DNA of 62,876 bases, the filler included, from Nemertoderma westbladi (Eukaryota; Animalia; Xenacoelomorpha), in assembly GCA_032718475.1 (NCBI GenBank). It is 3 parts of 3 records of this genome, joined end to end, with 100 filler letters (N's around TTAATTAATTAA, not from the genome) between each part and the next. Parts side by side here need not be neighbours in the genome. Positions count along the whole stretch, not along the records: positions 1 to 31,750 come from JAUCBJ010003559.1; positions 31,851 to 50,967 come from JAUCBJ010006553.1; 1 more part is not named here. One strand, given 5' to 3'. The notes under the pieces are model-generated. The model saw only the letters and a list, made by a program, of their open reading frames with translations, was not told where the DNA came from and ran no database searches. Made by a program: the position numbers and the translations under genes. Shown here in pieces: positions 23,801 to 32,933 of this stretch; position 1 is the stretch's first letter; the number at the start of each line of letters is the position of its first letter.

Positions 23801-26800
23801 TCAACAAAAAGAACACACTGCTTGCCAGGAGGAGGACCAAACACACCCTTTCTTCGCCTGTCAAGCTTTGACATAATAATGTCTTGAGTTTGACTAGCTG
23901 TTGTCCTTGCAGAAAAGCTTACAACATTAATAACATAGGAATCTTTAGGTAATGCTACAAGGAAGTTGTTTGTGATTGCAGATTTTCCTGTGCCTGTGGG
24001 CCCGACAAACAGTGCAGGAACATTATGTAACAAATACGTATTAAGAAAGAATTTCTGCCTTGCAGTGTCATCTGTATCAATAATAAGTTCTGAAACATTG
24101 GTATTGGGACTTATTTCTTGCTGCTTCGTGCCAAGGTAGTTAATCCAGTTCTCCCAAGTACCACTCTGATGTTTCACAAAGAAAAAATCATATATCAAAC
24201 CCCGCTCTGGAAAGTTATTACTTTTTGTTATTTTAATTGTCTTTGGCTTGGGGTGTTTATCGTTTAACCCACTAACTAAATTTCGGAAAAATGCATCAAA
24301 CTTCTTTCTACCATCTCCTACAAGGTTTCCACCAAGTGTCCACACCAAAGAGAACAAAAATAATCCCTGCAAATAGAGAAATATCTGTTGATCAGTCAAT
24401 GAAGGTTCCTCTTCTTTACCTGCTTCAATAATTTCATCCATGAGGCATGTATACAATTTCATGAGACTAAATGTCAAGTGGATATCAGATGTTGGCACTA
24501 CCATTTTACAGTTATGTTTAATAAAATCCATACATGGATCAATAAGCCACTCAAACATGTCCGATATGAGCTGCAGATGATCTTCATTAAGATTGGGGGG
24601 AAGTTGATGCTGAATGTAAGACTGCTTAAATGGCCGCCAACCCAATTCCTTAGGTTCCATATATATCATACCACATCTGGAAACAGTTGCAGGAGACGCT
24701 TGCTCAAGATCCATAGGCTCAAATATAAGATTCATTTGAGCAGACATTTGAATAATTTCACCTGACATCAAACATAGCTTCTTATTGTCATCCAAAACAG
24801 TATTCATATTCTCAATCCAAACAGCATCAACTGGCCCATCAAAAATCAACCACTTACGGTCCTCGGTTTGGCTTGATGCCATATCCCTAAACGAATTTGC
24901 CAAAACACCATCTGTCCATTCGTGACTTACTGGGTCAAAACAACCATAAAGCTGCCCCATAGTAATAGCTTTAGGATTAATAATTTTATAGACTACTTTA
25001 TTTTCATCCATAAGTTTCGATATTGACAAATCCCCCAAGGCCCCAGAAAGAACTTTGTATGAACTACTCTTACCACCTTTAGGTTCACCCACTATCATAA
25101 AACCATGTCTAACCAGCATCATCTCATAAATTTGAATAATTTTATCAATAAACCAAGGAACAGGTTGCAGCTTAAGTTTTTGAATATTTTCATTTAGAGC
25201 CTCTAAGAGTACTTCATAGTCCGGTTCTGGGAGCACAGTACCTGGAAATAGATCTCCAATGATACCCTCAAATAGTGGTAAGTCTTGAGCTAAGAATTTT
25301 GGTAGATTAACATCCTTTATAGCTCTTAGCAACATTTCACTTTCATCATCATCAGGGTATTTAAGTTTCAAATTTCCAGCAGCAGTTAATACACTCTTAA
25401 CAGCCCGCATACCATAATCATAATGATGCTGACTAGAAAGTTGTTCAGAGCAGAGCCTATAGACTTCCACAATTTTCACAGACAAATTGCGAGCATCAAC
25501 GAATCCCATTGAATACAATGAAATCTCAGCAATGAGAGCATAATCAGGAACCATCATAGCAACTGTCCGAAATAATACCTTAAGATTATCAGGCAGCTCT
25601 GCTCGACCAGCATAACCTGGATTCATTGTAATGAACATAGTGCAAGTGGGATCCAATGAAATATCAGTACCTTCAAATATAAAACGTTTCACTCTCGCTG
25701 ATATGGCATTTTGTATACTCTGGATCTGCTGGGCTATGACACTTAACACTTCAAGTTCGATTCGGTTGAATTCATCAAAGCACGCCCAAGCCCCAGCCTG
25801 TGCCAAACCCTTGAAAAACTTTCCCATAGCCTTGAAATCCAAACCATCACTGCAATTGAATACAACACACTGCTTGGCCACTGCCTTGGCTAAATCTTTG
25901 CATGTTTCCGTTTTGCCAGTGCCAGCTGGGCCTTCTGGTGCTCCACCTAAATTGAGCTTAAGAGCTCCCATTAGTGTTCTGTAACACCTATCAGTAAGGG
26001 GCGTTATGACAAGTCTGGGACTATTACCCAAATATTCACAGCCATAACTTACATCCGTGGTTATCATTTTAACATAGACATCTGTTTCATCTATACTGTA
26101 TCTCAACTGGCTTATCCACTTGAAATCTAATGGCGAATTTATGGTATCCTTTTCTAAAGCAGCTACAACATCCCTGCCATGGACATCAAGAACAGTAAGA
26201 GCCCCAAGAGTAATTCTTGCACCCATTGCTAATCTGCCTCTAACCAAAAAAACAATGTCATCAATTTGATCACTACATTGCTTGACATATTCGCCCATTT
26301 TGTTGTTTGTTATTGCTTCAGTAACCTCCTTTGTCCAAAATATGGAACTTGATGCCAAAACAACTTGCCCAGGCCATTCCAATACCCATTGGTTACGTGG
26401 TGTAATTGTATAAGCTGCTACAGCATCAAAAACAGATCTTCTAATTGCTTTTATCATCGCATCTTCAACCTGGAGCAACCATTTTTCAACCATACCTTTT
26501 GCTTTTGCAGGAAATATTTTTTGAACAAATGGAACTGTTTCTTTTTCAGAACTGATCATACCAAGAATTTCTTGCTGATCATTAAATTCTAATCTAGCTA
26601 TCCCTTCAAAACATTTCTTTAAATGTGGTTGCACTCTGGTTGGGTCTTTTGTTTCAGACAAGATTTCAAGCAATTCGTCATTTGATAGAAAGAAAAATCT
26701 TGGAAAATAGAGCCGTTTTTTCTCTAAATAATTATTCAATCCCTTTTGAATTTCATCCAATAAATCATTGCTTTCAACCAATCGTCCTAACATGTTGTTT

Positions 26801-29800
26801 TGTGCAGTTGCTACTAGGACAAGTGTATCCTTGATTGCTTCCCCCATAATATCACGCCAATAGCTGTCAACAATGCCAAACTTACGACCTTCTTCGGGCA
26901 TTTGAGCCATTATATCTTCAGAGCTGAATATTGGTTCCAAATATAACCAGGTTGCCTGACATTTGAGCCAATTGTCCAATATATCTTGCATTTCAAGAAG
27001 CTTCTCCTCCCACTCCTTCATCTCAACCTCAAATGGCTTTATAAAGGGGGACCCTTTCATTGTCTGAGCCTTAACAATATGATCATCCAATAGCAATTGA
27101 ATATCATCAATTGCAGACAATATACAAACTCCAGTTTCTCTGTAGGCTATCATTTCGAAACACATGTCTTGCCACTCTACTTTCATTTTCTCTAATGCCT
27201 TTTCTAATGAAAATTCTTTACTGGCTGCGCCAGATATTTCTTCCAATTTGTCAAGGTGCTTGATAAGTCCAGTCTCCATCATTTGCCACAGTGAAGTATC
27301 TGCCTCAGGCTTTATGTCAAAACCAACAATGCGACTCATTTGATCCCAATGGCGGTCTTTAATCCCTTTGTTTGATATAACTTGTAGCACTGGAAGATGT
27401 GTCTTAAATTTATCAATCTTAGTTTTAACTTGAGTTGCAACCCTCATGGGACCCGGAGTATCATTAAGAGATTTAGAAAGTTTGTAGACCGTTCTCCACA
27501 TGGTGCTAACATCCTCTGCAACTACCTCTGAATCAAGTTCGGTAAATGGTCCATTCATCCACAGTTCAAACTTGTTCGTAAACTCCCATGCCGTATTCCA
27601 TAACTTATCATATGGCTCTTTCAAAGTAAATAATTGATTCAACTGTGGAACTGATGTCTGCTCCCACTCCAAGAGTTCTTCCTCTTTATTAATCTGCTCT
27701 ATTTCATCCCTAGCTTCTTCCATTTTTTCACTCAGGTCTTTCAATTTGGCAACATTTGATTCCATTTCATCAGATGAAAGGAGTTCCTTTTTCCTAAATC
27801 CCTCTATGTCTTTAGTAAATTCTTCAATTTTTTTCATGAATTCTGAAGTACGTTTTCGGAGATTATCTTCTGTTTTATCCCTGTATGCCATTAACTTGGT
27901 GCGAGAAATGTCAAACACTGCTTGAATTTGCTCAGGCCAATGAAATACTGTGCTGTTTAGTTTGATATCCTCAAAAGGAAATGAAGCATAATCTAATAGA
28001 AACATAAGCCTGTCTGCTGCATCTTCAATCTCATCTTTGAGCTTGTAAACAGTAACATCGCTCGCATGAGTAAGGTACTGGCCAAGAGCTACAATTTCTT
28101 CAGTAGATTCAGGTATTTCTGAAACATGTTCAGATATTTCATCATACCTCCGACAAATGTCTTTATTAAGTTTTTTATTTTCTTCAACTTCATGAACAAC
28201 AACTCTCTCTTTTGTGTGGTCTGCTCTACTGCAGAGATCACTATTGAGTTCAGCACAATCCAATGAAAATAAATTTAGTGGGGCAGAAATTCGCAAAACA
28301 GCAATCTCATCTCGGACTGCCTGTATCGCATCAATTTTCGTCCTGTATCCCGCCAGTGAATGTTGTTCCTTCAAAAAAGAGGTAATTTCCAACTCCGCCT
28401 TGTTATTCAACAAATCCTGGTATTTCTTGTAGATATTTAGGTAACTCTGAGGGCCACGGGTATTAACTTTTAGAATATGCATTGCTTTATCCATATAATC
28501 AGTAACAACTTGCTCATCAATTTTCACAGTTCTGAGGAGAAATCTTTCATTACTCAATTCAGGAAATAGTTCACATTCTACTCGTGGTAAATTATCTTGA
28601 TTTGCAATAACTTCAGAAAAGCAATGCAATAAAAGGTTGCGAATATCAAGCATTGTTGGCTCAAACAATATTTTAGGTTCTTCTATTTTGAGCCTCACAA
28701 TCAAGCAGGCATCCATGTTGTACTGTAGTTCATTGTACTCCTGGCCAAAGTCATTTCCCTCTTTGTAAATCTCGAGAAATGAAACAAAATCGTCTAGTGT
28801 ATTTGTTACTGTAGACCGCAAATGAGTTGCCATAAGCGCAGCAACACAATCGAAGAACTTCTGTATTAATCGAGTACTTGAGGTTGTAGTAGTAGGTATC
28901 ATATCTTGCCATGCTTTCCTATTGTCAATTAGAAGTTGTCCAACAGCTGGAATCCATTTATTCCGTAGAATAGCGCGTGCTTCTTCACATTGCCTTTTTA
29001 TTAGGCTGTCAAATTGTTCTGGAATCAGTGGCTTTGTTGTGGTGAGTAAATCCTGTAAACGTATGAAACGAACACTTGAGAATTTCTCATCCCACAACCC
29101 TTGCAGTTGTTGCATTACAGTGCTGTTTGTAAACAAATGGGCAAACAGATTGTTCTTCATTTCTGAATAGGTTTTGTGCCATGGACATGGCGCTCTAATG
29201 ACAAGACGTGGGAATACCTTTGGAGTCCACTGAATATTCAATCGTTTGCGTTCATTTGTATCAGTTAGTATGTAATCAACAATTGATTGTCTGATAGCAT
29301 ATTCATAATCATCATTGACCTCTGTAATCAAAGAATCCCTATGACCCAAAAGCAGTTTACTTTTAAGAAGCTTATCTGGAATAAAATCTTTAACACGATC
29401 CCATTGGTTAGCTTCCCTTTCAGATATCATGTAATCATGGATGCCTTTACGTATGTAATAGATGTAACGTTCATAGTCACGCTCTGTCGGATCCAAAACT
29501 ACTTCATTGTAAGTGTTCCATGCAGCCTTCATTACACGCCGTTGTAAATTTGGACTGGAAACTGGGCTCCCTCCAACAAGCTCGTCTTGAGGGTCGTCGC
29601 CGTCTCTTATAGCGATAGTTCCATCAATTGAGACATCATCTACATCCATATATGAACTCTGCTGAAAGTCTGATGAAGTTCGTTGAATAGTATTAGTAAG
29701 TCGCTTTTGTGGGTTTTCCTTTATTGGTTTAAGACGTGTTTTTTTCAATGGTGCTCTCAGTTTATGAAGATCCTTCATTTTTAAACCTGCGGCTGTCGGT

Positions 29801-30051
29801 GTGTAACAATTAGCAATGGACTCGCTCGCAGACCGATGGTGTGAAAGTTCCTTGAAAGGTGCCGCATTAGTCCAACTGGCTGTATTCATTAATGGAGGAT
29901 GCTGGGCATTATGCAATACAATTGAGTATAATTCCGACTGCGGCACTGAGGGCTCCAACAGTGGCGGCAGACCTGGTAGACCCCGGGTGTGACTGGAGGA
30001 ATAGTCTGGTGTGTCAGTGTAGGTCATCCTGCTCAATATATCTTCATTCAT
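17863..30051 (-). CDS. DNAH3: Axonemal inner-arm dynein heavy chain 3, full length (4062 aa), single coding exon
   Basis: Four P-loops (GPAGTGKT, GEPKGGKS, GPTGTGKS, GIGGSGRQ), CFDEFNR, FITMNPGYAGR, stalk coiled coils and C-terminal HWVNRGVAMLCQLDD. The N-terminal SWTNAAPFKE..HHRS.S.SIAN and VIRAPCPWH motifs match my recollection of DNAH3 rather than DNAH7/12. Confidence 0.95.
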   Translation of the reverse strand: MNEDILSRMTYTDTPDYSSSHTRGLPGLPPLLEPSVPQSELYSIVLHNAQHPPLMNTASWTNAAPFKELSHHRSASESIANCYTPTAAGLKMKDLHKLRAPLKKTRLKPIKENPQKRLTNTIQRTSSDFQQSSYMDVDDVSIDGTIAIRDGDDPQDELVGGSPVSSPNLQRRVMKAAWNTYNEVVLDPTERDYERYIYYIRKGIHDYMISEREANQWDRVKDFIPDKLLKSKLLLGHRDSLITEVNDDYEYAIRQSIVDYILTDTNERKRLNIQWTPKVFPRLVIRAPCPWHKTYSEMKNNLFAHLFTNSTVMQQLQGLWDEKFSSVRFIRLQDLLTTTKPLIPEQFDSLIKRQCEEARAILRNKWIPAVGQLLIDNRKAWQDMIPTTTTSSTRLIQKFFDCVAALMATHLRSTVTNTLDDFVSFLEIYKEGNDFGQEYNELQYNMDACLIVRLKIEEPKILFEPTMLDIRNLLLHCFSEVIANQDNLPRVECELFPELSNERFLLRTVKIDEQVVTDYMDKAMHILKVNTRGPQSYLNIYKKYQDLLNNKAELEITSFLKEQHSLAGYRTKIDAIQAVRDEIAVLRISAPLNLFSLDCAELNSDLCSRADHTKERVVVHEVEENKKLNKDICRRYDEISEHVSEIPESTEEIVALGQYLTHASDVTVYKLKDEIEDAADRLMFLLDYASFPFEDIKLNSTVFHWPEQIQAVFDISRTKLMAYRDKTEDNLRKRTSEFMKKIEEFTKDIEGFRKKELLSSDEMESNVAKLKDLSEKMEEARDEIEQINKEEELLEWEQTSVPQLNQLFTLKEPYDKLWNTAWEFTNKFELWMNGPFTELDSEVVAEDVSTMWRTVYKLSKSLNDTPGPMRVATQVKTKIDKFKTHLPVLQVISNKGIKDRHWDQMSRIVGFDIKPEADTSLWQMMETGLIKHLDKLEEISGAASKEFSLEKALEKMKVEWQDMCFEMIAYRETGVCILSAIDDIQLLLDDHIVKAQTMKGSPFIKPFEVEMKEWEEKLLEMQDILDNWLKCQATWLYLEPIFSSEDIMAQMPEEGRKFGIVDSYWRDIMGEAIKDTLVLVATAQNNMLGRLVESNDLLDEIQKGLNNYLEKKRLYFPRFFFLSNDELLEILSETKDPTRVQPHLKKCFEGIARLEFNDQQEILGMISSEKETVPFVQKIFPAKAKGMVEKWLLQVEDAMIKAIRRSVFDAVAAYTITPRNQWVLEWPGQVVLASSSIFWTKEVTEAITNNKMGEYVKQCSDQIDDIVFLVRGRLAMGARITLGALTVLDVHGRDVVAALEKDTINSPLDFKWISQLRYSIDETDVYVKMITTDVSYGCEYLGNSPRLVITPLTDRCYRTLMGALKLNLGGAPEGPAGTGKTETCKDLAKAVAKQCVVFNCSDGLDFKAMGKFFKGLAQAGAWACFDEFNRIELEVLSVIAQQIQSIQNAISARVKRFIFEGTDISLDPTCTMFITMNPGYAGRAELPDNLKVLFRTVAMMVPDYALIAEISLYSMGFVDARNLSVKIVEVYRLCSEQLSSQHHYDYGMRAVKSVLTAAGNLKLKYPDDDESEMLLRAIKDVNLPKFLAQDLPLFEGIIGDLFPGTVLPEPDYEVLLEALNENIQKLKLQPVPWFIDKIIQIYEMMLVRHGFMIVGEPKGGKSSSYKVLSGALGDLSISKLMDENKVVYKIINPKAITMGQLYGCFDPVSHEWTDGVLANSFRDMASSQTEDRKWLIFDGPVDAVWIENMNTVLDDNKKLCLMSGEIIQMSAQMNLIFEPMDLEQASPATVSRCGMIYMEPKELGWRPFKQSYIQHQLPPNLNEDHLQLISDMFEWLIDPCMDFIKHNCKMVVPTSDIHLTFSLMKLYTCLMDEIIEAGKEEEPSLTDQQIFLYLQGLFLFSLVWTLGGNLVGDGRKKFDAFFRNLVSGLNDKHPKPKTIKITKSNNFPERGLIYDFFFVKHQSGTWENWINYLGTKQQEISPNTNVSELIIDTDDTARQKFFLNTYLLHNVPALFVGPTGTGKSAITNNFLVALPKDSYVINVVSFSARTTASQTQDIIMSKLDRRRKGVFGPPPGKQCVLFVDDFNMPAKEIYGAQPPIELLRQWIDVGNWYDKKDTSRLELADIRFAAAMGPPGGGRNDITSRMTQHLNIVCIDEFEDATLVKIFTSIADWHFAKGFETSFLRLGKLMVSGTLAVYRKVCETFLPTPTKSHYVFNLRDFSRVIKGVLLVPKTHLTESDKLIRLWVHEIYRVFYDRLIDDHDRQLFFGIVKEECANNFKQSVDKILSHLSPSGKLIDDNIRSLFFGDYMIPGAVPRIYDEVVDFDELTSAMESYLDEYNTISKAPMSLVMFKFAIEHVSRISRVLKQDNGHVLLVGIGGSGRQSACKLAAFMADYDLYQIEITKNYGSNEWRDDIKKMMQKAGCEGKQVVFLFTDTQIKQESFLEDVNMILNTADIPNLFPADEKAEVIEKMQTVARNEGRKIDATPLALYNYFIERVKANLHVVLSMSPIGDAFRNRLRMFPSLINCCTIDWFQAWPEDALERVANTFLEEVDLEDDVRLSCVFMCKHFHESVRALSERFFDILRRHNYVTPTSYLELILTFKKLLSQKRNEIMTLKNRYLIGLEKLDFAASQVSIMQQELRDLQPELITAQADTEKLMVKIEQDSVEVDAKKEVVAADEAVANEAAAAAKEVKDECDADLAVAMPALEAALQALNTLKPQDINMVKAFKNPPGGVKLVMEAVCIMKSVKPDRKPDPSGSGKMIEDYWGPSQKILGDMKFLDSLRAYDKDNIPPAVMKKIRATFIPNPDFKPEIIHNISTACEGLCKWVCAMDVYDRVAKVVAPKKIKLQGAEEELGIQMEKLEGKRAELKEILDKLQLLQDQLDDTTAKKADLEANIDLCAKKLVRAEQLIGGLGGEKERWSSNATELGQRYYNITGDVLLSAGVVAYLGAFTVDFRQGATTEWLALCTEKKIPCSKIFSLTSTMGEPVAIRAWNIAGLPVDSFSIENGIVVSNSRRWPLMIDPQGQANKWVKNMEKLNKLNVIKLSDTNYVRTLENSIQFGTPVLLENIGEELDPMLEPILLKQTFKQQGVEYMRLGENVIEYSKDFRFYVTTRLRNPHYLPEVSVKVCLLNFMITPLGLQDQLLGIVAAKEKPELEEKKNVLIIESAQNKKQLKEIEDKILEVLSSSQGNILEDEVAIQVLSSSKVLSEEISAKQEIASATEEEIDTTRNGYTPVSIHASILFFAISDLANIEPMYQYSLTWFINLYLLAIQNSKPSTDLDVRIDYLNDYFTESIYKNVCRSLFEKDKLLFSFILTINIMKGRNLVDEETWRFLLTGGVGLDNPYPNPASDWLGEKSWGEIVRASELCNLKGFKDDLSQNITDWKVFYDSTMPQDETYPGKWNALKGLDRMVVLRVLRPDKVVPAVQDFIVNNLGKFFIEPPTFDLVGSFNDGNCYSPLIFVLSPGSDPMASLLKFAEDKGLKVSQVKTVSLGQGQGPIAQKLIENGIKNGDWVVLQNCHLATSWMSTLEKICEETVTPEATDENFRLWLTSYPSDKFPVSILQNGVKMTNEAPKGLRANLMRSYLNDPISDPQFFDSCTKPTAWHSLLFSLCFFHGIVQERRKFGPLGWNIPYEFNESDLRISMRQLLMLLNDYEETPWEALTYLTGECNYGGRVTDDKDRRLLISILSIFYHTDVLADNSEPYKFSPSGVYRVPKHGKYQKYVEYLKGLPLLPNPEVFGLHENADITKDNKETADLFDSILLTLPRQSGGGGKSPQNIIEELSADILSKLPADFDLEVVMKKYPVEYTESMNTVLRQELIRFNKLTSVIRSSLVNLLKAIKGLVVMSADLEDVFNSMLVGRQPSMWQAKSYPSLKPLGGYVKDLLERLKFLSDWIDNGAPSTFWISGFYFTQSFLTGVAQNFARKYTIPIDHLGFEYDVLEEEHEMEEAPEDGCYVRGLFIEGARWDRSSMVIGESLPKILFDTMPVIMCRPGKKRDFKAKPVYDCPVYKTSARRGILSTTGHSTNFVMWTALPSDRPQSHWVNRGVAMLCQLDD

Positions 30052-31479
30052 TGTTAAGTTTGTAAAATGTTATCAAAGTATATCACATAAATACATCTAT
30101 TTAAAATATTGTTCAACTAATAAAAGGTATTATGATAAAACGAAAAACGTGTATAACCAGGATAACAACATTAAAAAAAATAAATTATTTGTATTTTGAT
30201 AATAAAAAGGGCAATTTTTATACAGAGAAAAATATTTAAAAAAAGAATGGTTCAATCCCTTTCACGCCCCGAAATATAGTAAGAATTTTCTGATGACACA
30301 AAACCCCATTTATTATATTAAATAAATAAGCAATGCTCTGGAATTATTATGTTTGTGTGTAGCTGGGCAATAGTGCATATAGGCCAGGCATACGTATAGC
30401 ATTGGTTGTTTCACACATACACATCAGATACTATTTTCTAGAATACGTTATGTATTTATTAAATGTAACAAATGTCCTCAAGCGAAAGATAATTCTTGCA
30501 ATCGTTGAATGCCTGTATATCAGCTGTTTACATATTTAGAATTCTTGCAACGCAATATTTGTAATGATATAAATAATTCACGATTTATATGTAGACTGGC
30601 CGCGATAGAAAGTGTAAAATTTCGTAAAGGACACGTATTTAAAATTCATAGGAAAATGTAACATTTCAAAAAACGATTATAAAATAAATCTTATTATAAA
30701 ATGATGAAGTAACAATTTCAGGCATCACTACAGCTTAGGTACCACCCATAAGACAAGATTTATTATACTTGCTAGTTTGTGCAACTTTTTTTTAATGTTC
30801 GAGAACATATTTTTTATTCATTTTTAAAACAAATTATGTTCTGGAATAAAGATTTTTTGTTCTAGAACATTTTATTTAAAAAAAAATTTCTTAGAGTAGC
30901 TAGATTTTGCTACCTTTTTAATGTTTTAGAACATGTTAGCTATCAATTAAGGTATATTAATGTTCTAGAACACTTTTTTAGTTCCATAACATTTTTTCGA
31001 AAAAAAATTTAATAGCACTGGGCTCGTTATACAAACCGAATTAAAAAAGATTATTCAAATAAAAGGCATTAATTACTACTGCTTGTGTAATCATAAGGGA
31101 AATTTTTGAAGACAATTTTTAGAGGTTTTCGCATGACTTTATTTAATTTTTTTATGAATGATGGTTGACTAGCATTCGATTGAGTGATAGCTCCTAATTT
31201 TTTTTAGGTAGCTCCGCTAGTGTTTTTAAACGATGATTTCTTGCGTTTCATGTCTCATATTTCAAGAATTTGCCTTTTGACTTTGTATGTTAAGGCGCAT
31301 AACATGCAAAATAACTTTTAAAAAAGTAAATATAGTTGTTGTATTGGAACAATACTGTTCATTGTCATTGCACACAAATATAAATACCGCTATGCACAAA
31401 AAAGAAACTCACTTAAGATTTAACTATAAATTATCTGAATGCAACTTTGTGTAAATTAAGGATTCAGTGTATGGTGACA

Positions 31480-31556
31480 GTAAACAGTTTAAATTAAACA
31501 AAGCCCAGTGAACCTAACAATAATTATATTGTTAGCGTTATTAGTTACCAGGCAAC
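31480..31556. promoter_or_regulatory. Candidate RFX X-box (GTTACCAGGCAAC, 31544-31556) with a forkhead site (GTAAACA, 31480-31486) upstream of DNAH3
   Basis: Matches the RFX consensus GTNRCC-N0-3-RGYAAC. RFX plus FOXJ1 is the established regulatory code of motile-cilia genes. Lies ~1.5 kb 5' of the ATG. Confidence 0.5.
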
Positions 31557-31750
31557 CACAACATTTTGTGATTACCTAGCCAAGTGTCGATTAAGCCAAA
31601 CCAACACAGTGAACGATAAAAGGTACGACAGGTGAATGAATATAAATGAGATCAACTAGATTCTGTCAATAAATGTTTTGGGGAGAGCCCAAACACACTG
31701 AGCAATGTTAGTGGGGGGGTGAAAGAGAGCACAAAAAACACACTGAGCAA

Positions 31751-31850
31751 NNNNNNNNNNNNNNNNNNNNNNNNNNNNNNNNNNNNNNNNNNNNTTAATT
31801 AATTAANNNNNNNNNNNNNNNNNNNNNNNNNNNNNNNNNNNNNNNNNNNN
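31751..31850. other. Scaffold gap with artificial six-frame stop linker
   Basis: 44 N + TTAATTAATTAA + 44 N. Confidence 0.97.
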
Positions 31851-32933
31851 AAGCGGACTTCATAAATCCCCTAACAATTACGTTTTGACGTCTTAATATC
31901 GTCTAAAACTAAAGTTTTCGATTATTAATGTACAGTAAACGAATAGATAACTACTTTTCAAGAAGTTTGGGCGCAGACTTATATTTGCTGTAGGCTACTG
32001 TATATCAGTATTATTTATTTTGTGGTGAAGTTGCTCTCCCCTGATGTATCCCTTAGTAATTAATAATGTACTTAGATGATAAAATAAAACACTGCACCAA
32101 AATACATGATCTTTTTCTGTTTGCTCATGTTGCTCGTTGTGCATTTTAGCACCTACCCAAAAAAAAAAAAAAACACTTTATTATTCTCATTCACCCTAAT
32201 TTATAATATCTTCATTAGAAAGTGATGCCAGATACGGTACGTACAGTATATTCTTTACATTCAAAGGTACCTAGGGGGTGTACGTACAGTACATGGAATA
32301 TGAATTTGTTTGTGAGAACGCCTTTCACGACCAGCTGTATCACAAGTTTAATGAGCGAGCAGAATACTAACTATACCTACGCTTAGGAAAAATATGGGAA
32401 GCCTGTTGGGGAGTGTGTTTTGTTGGGCCTGTACTACAGTATAACACAGCCGGCGAGAAACGAATGCATCAGGGTGTATTGATTGGCAACAGAAGTTGCA
32501 CCAATCTAGGGCTGTTTCTTATGAGAGCAATAGCGGGGAGTACGACGGATGATTAATACCACAATACAACGCAATAAAACTCATAGCCACAATAATTTAT
32601 ATTATTGTAGAAGAATATAGGCCTACAAATTCAAATCTAATAACCTTCAATATCACTTATAAATTTATGTGAGCACTACAATACCAAAATAGGCATGATC
32701 TATGATCATGATCTATTGATGATTTCAAAGTTATATTTATTTTCTTTTTGTACGAAATATAATCCTAATATTTCATTAAATAGTTGATTGTCTAATATCT
32801 TAGTAGTGGTACAGGAAACTCTAATGATAATATATTTCTGTCTGTTATTGATTGTTAGATGTTCTGCCATCTATCATTACACTGATGATTCTGGAATACA
32901 GGAAGGCTTACAGTATATTCCCTCAGTTTCAGT

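Noticed and set aside
17908-29547. Plus-strand ORFs overlapping DNAH3
   Set aside because: Antisense shadows of a long coding sequence, with no recognisable motifs.
31795-31806. TTAATTAATTAA palindrome (also 51012-51023) as a biological motif
   Set aside because: Centred in identical N runs, so it is an assembly linker with stops in all frames.
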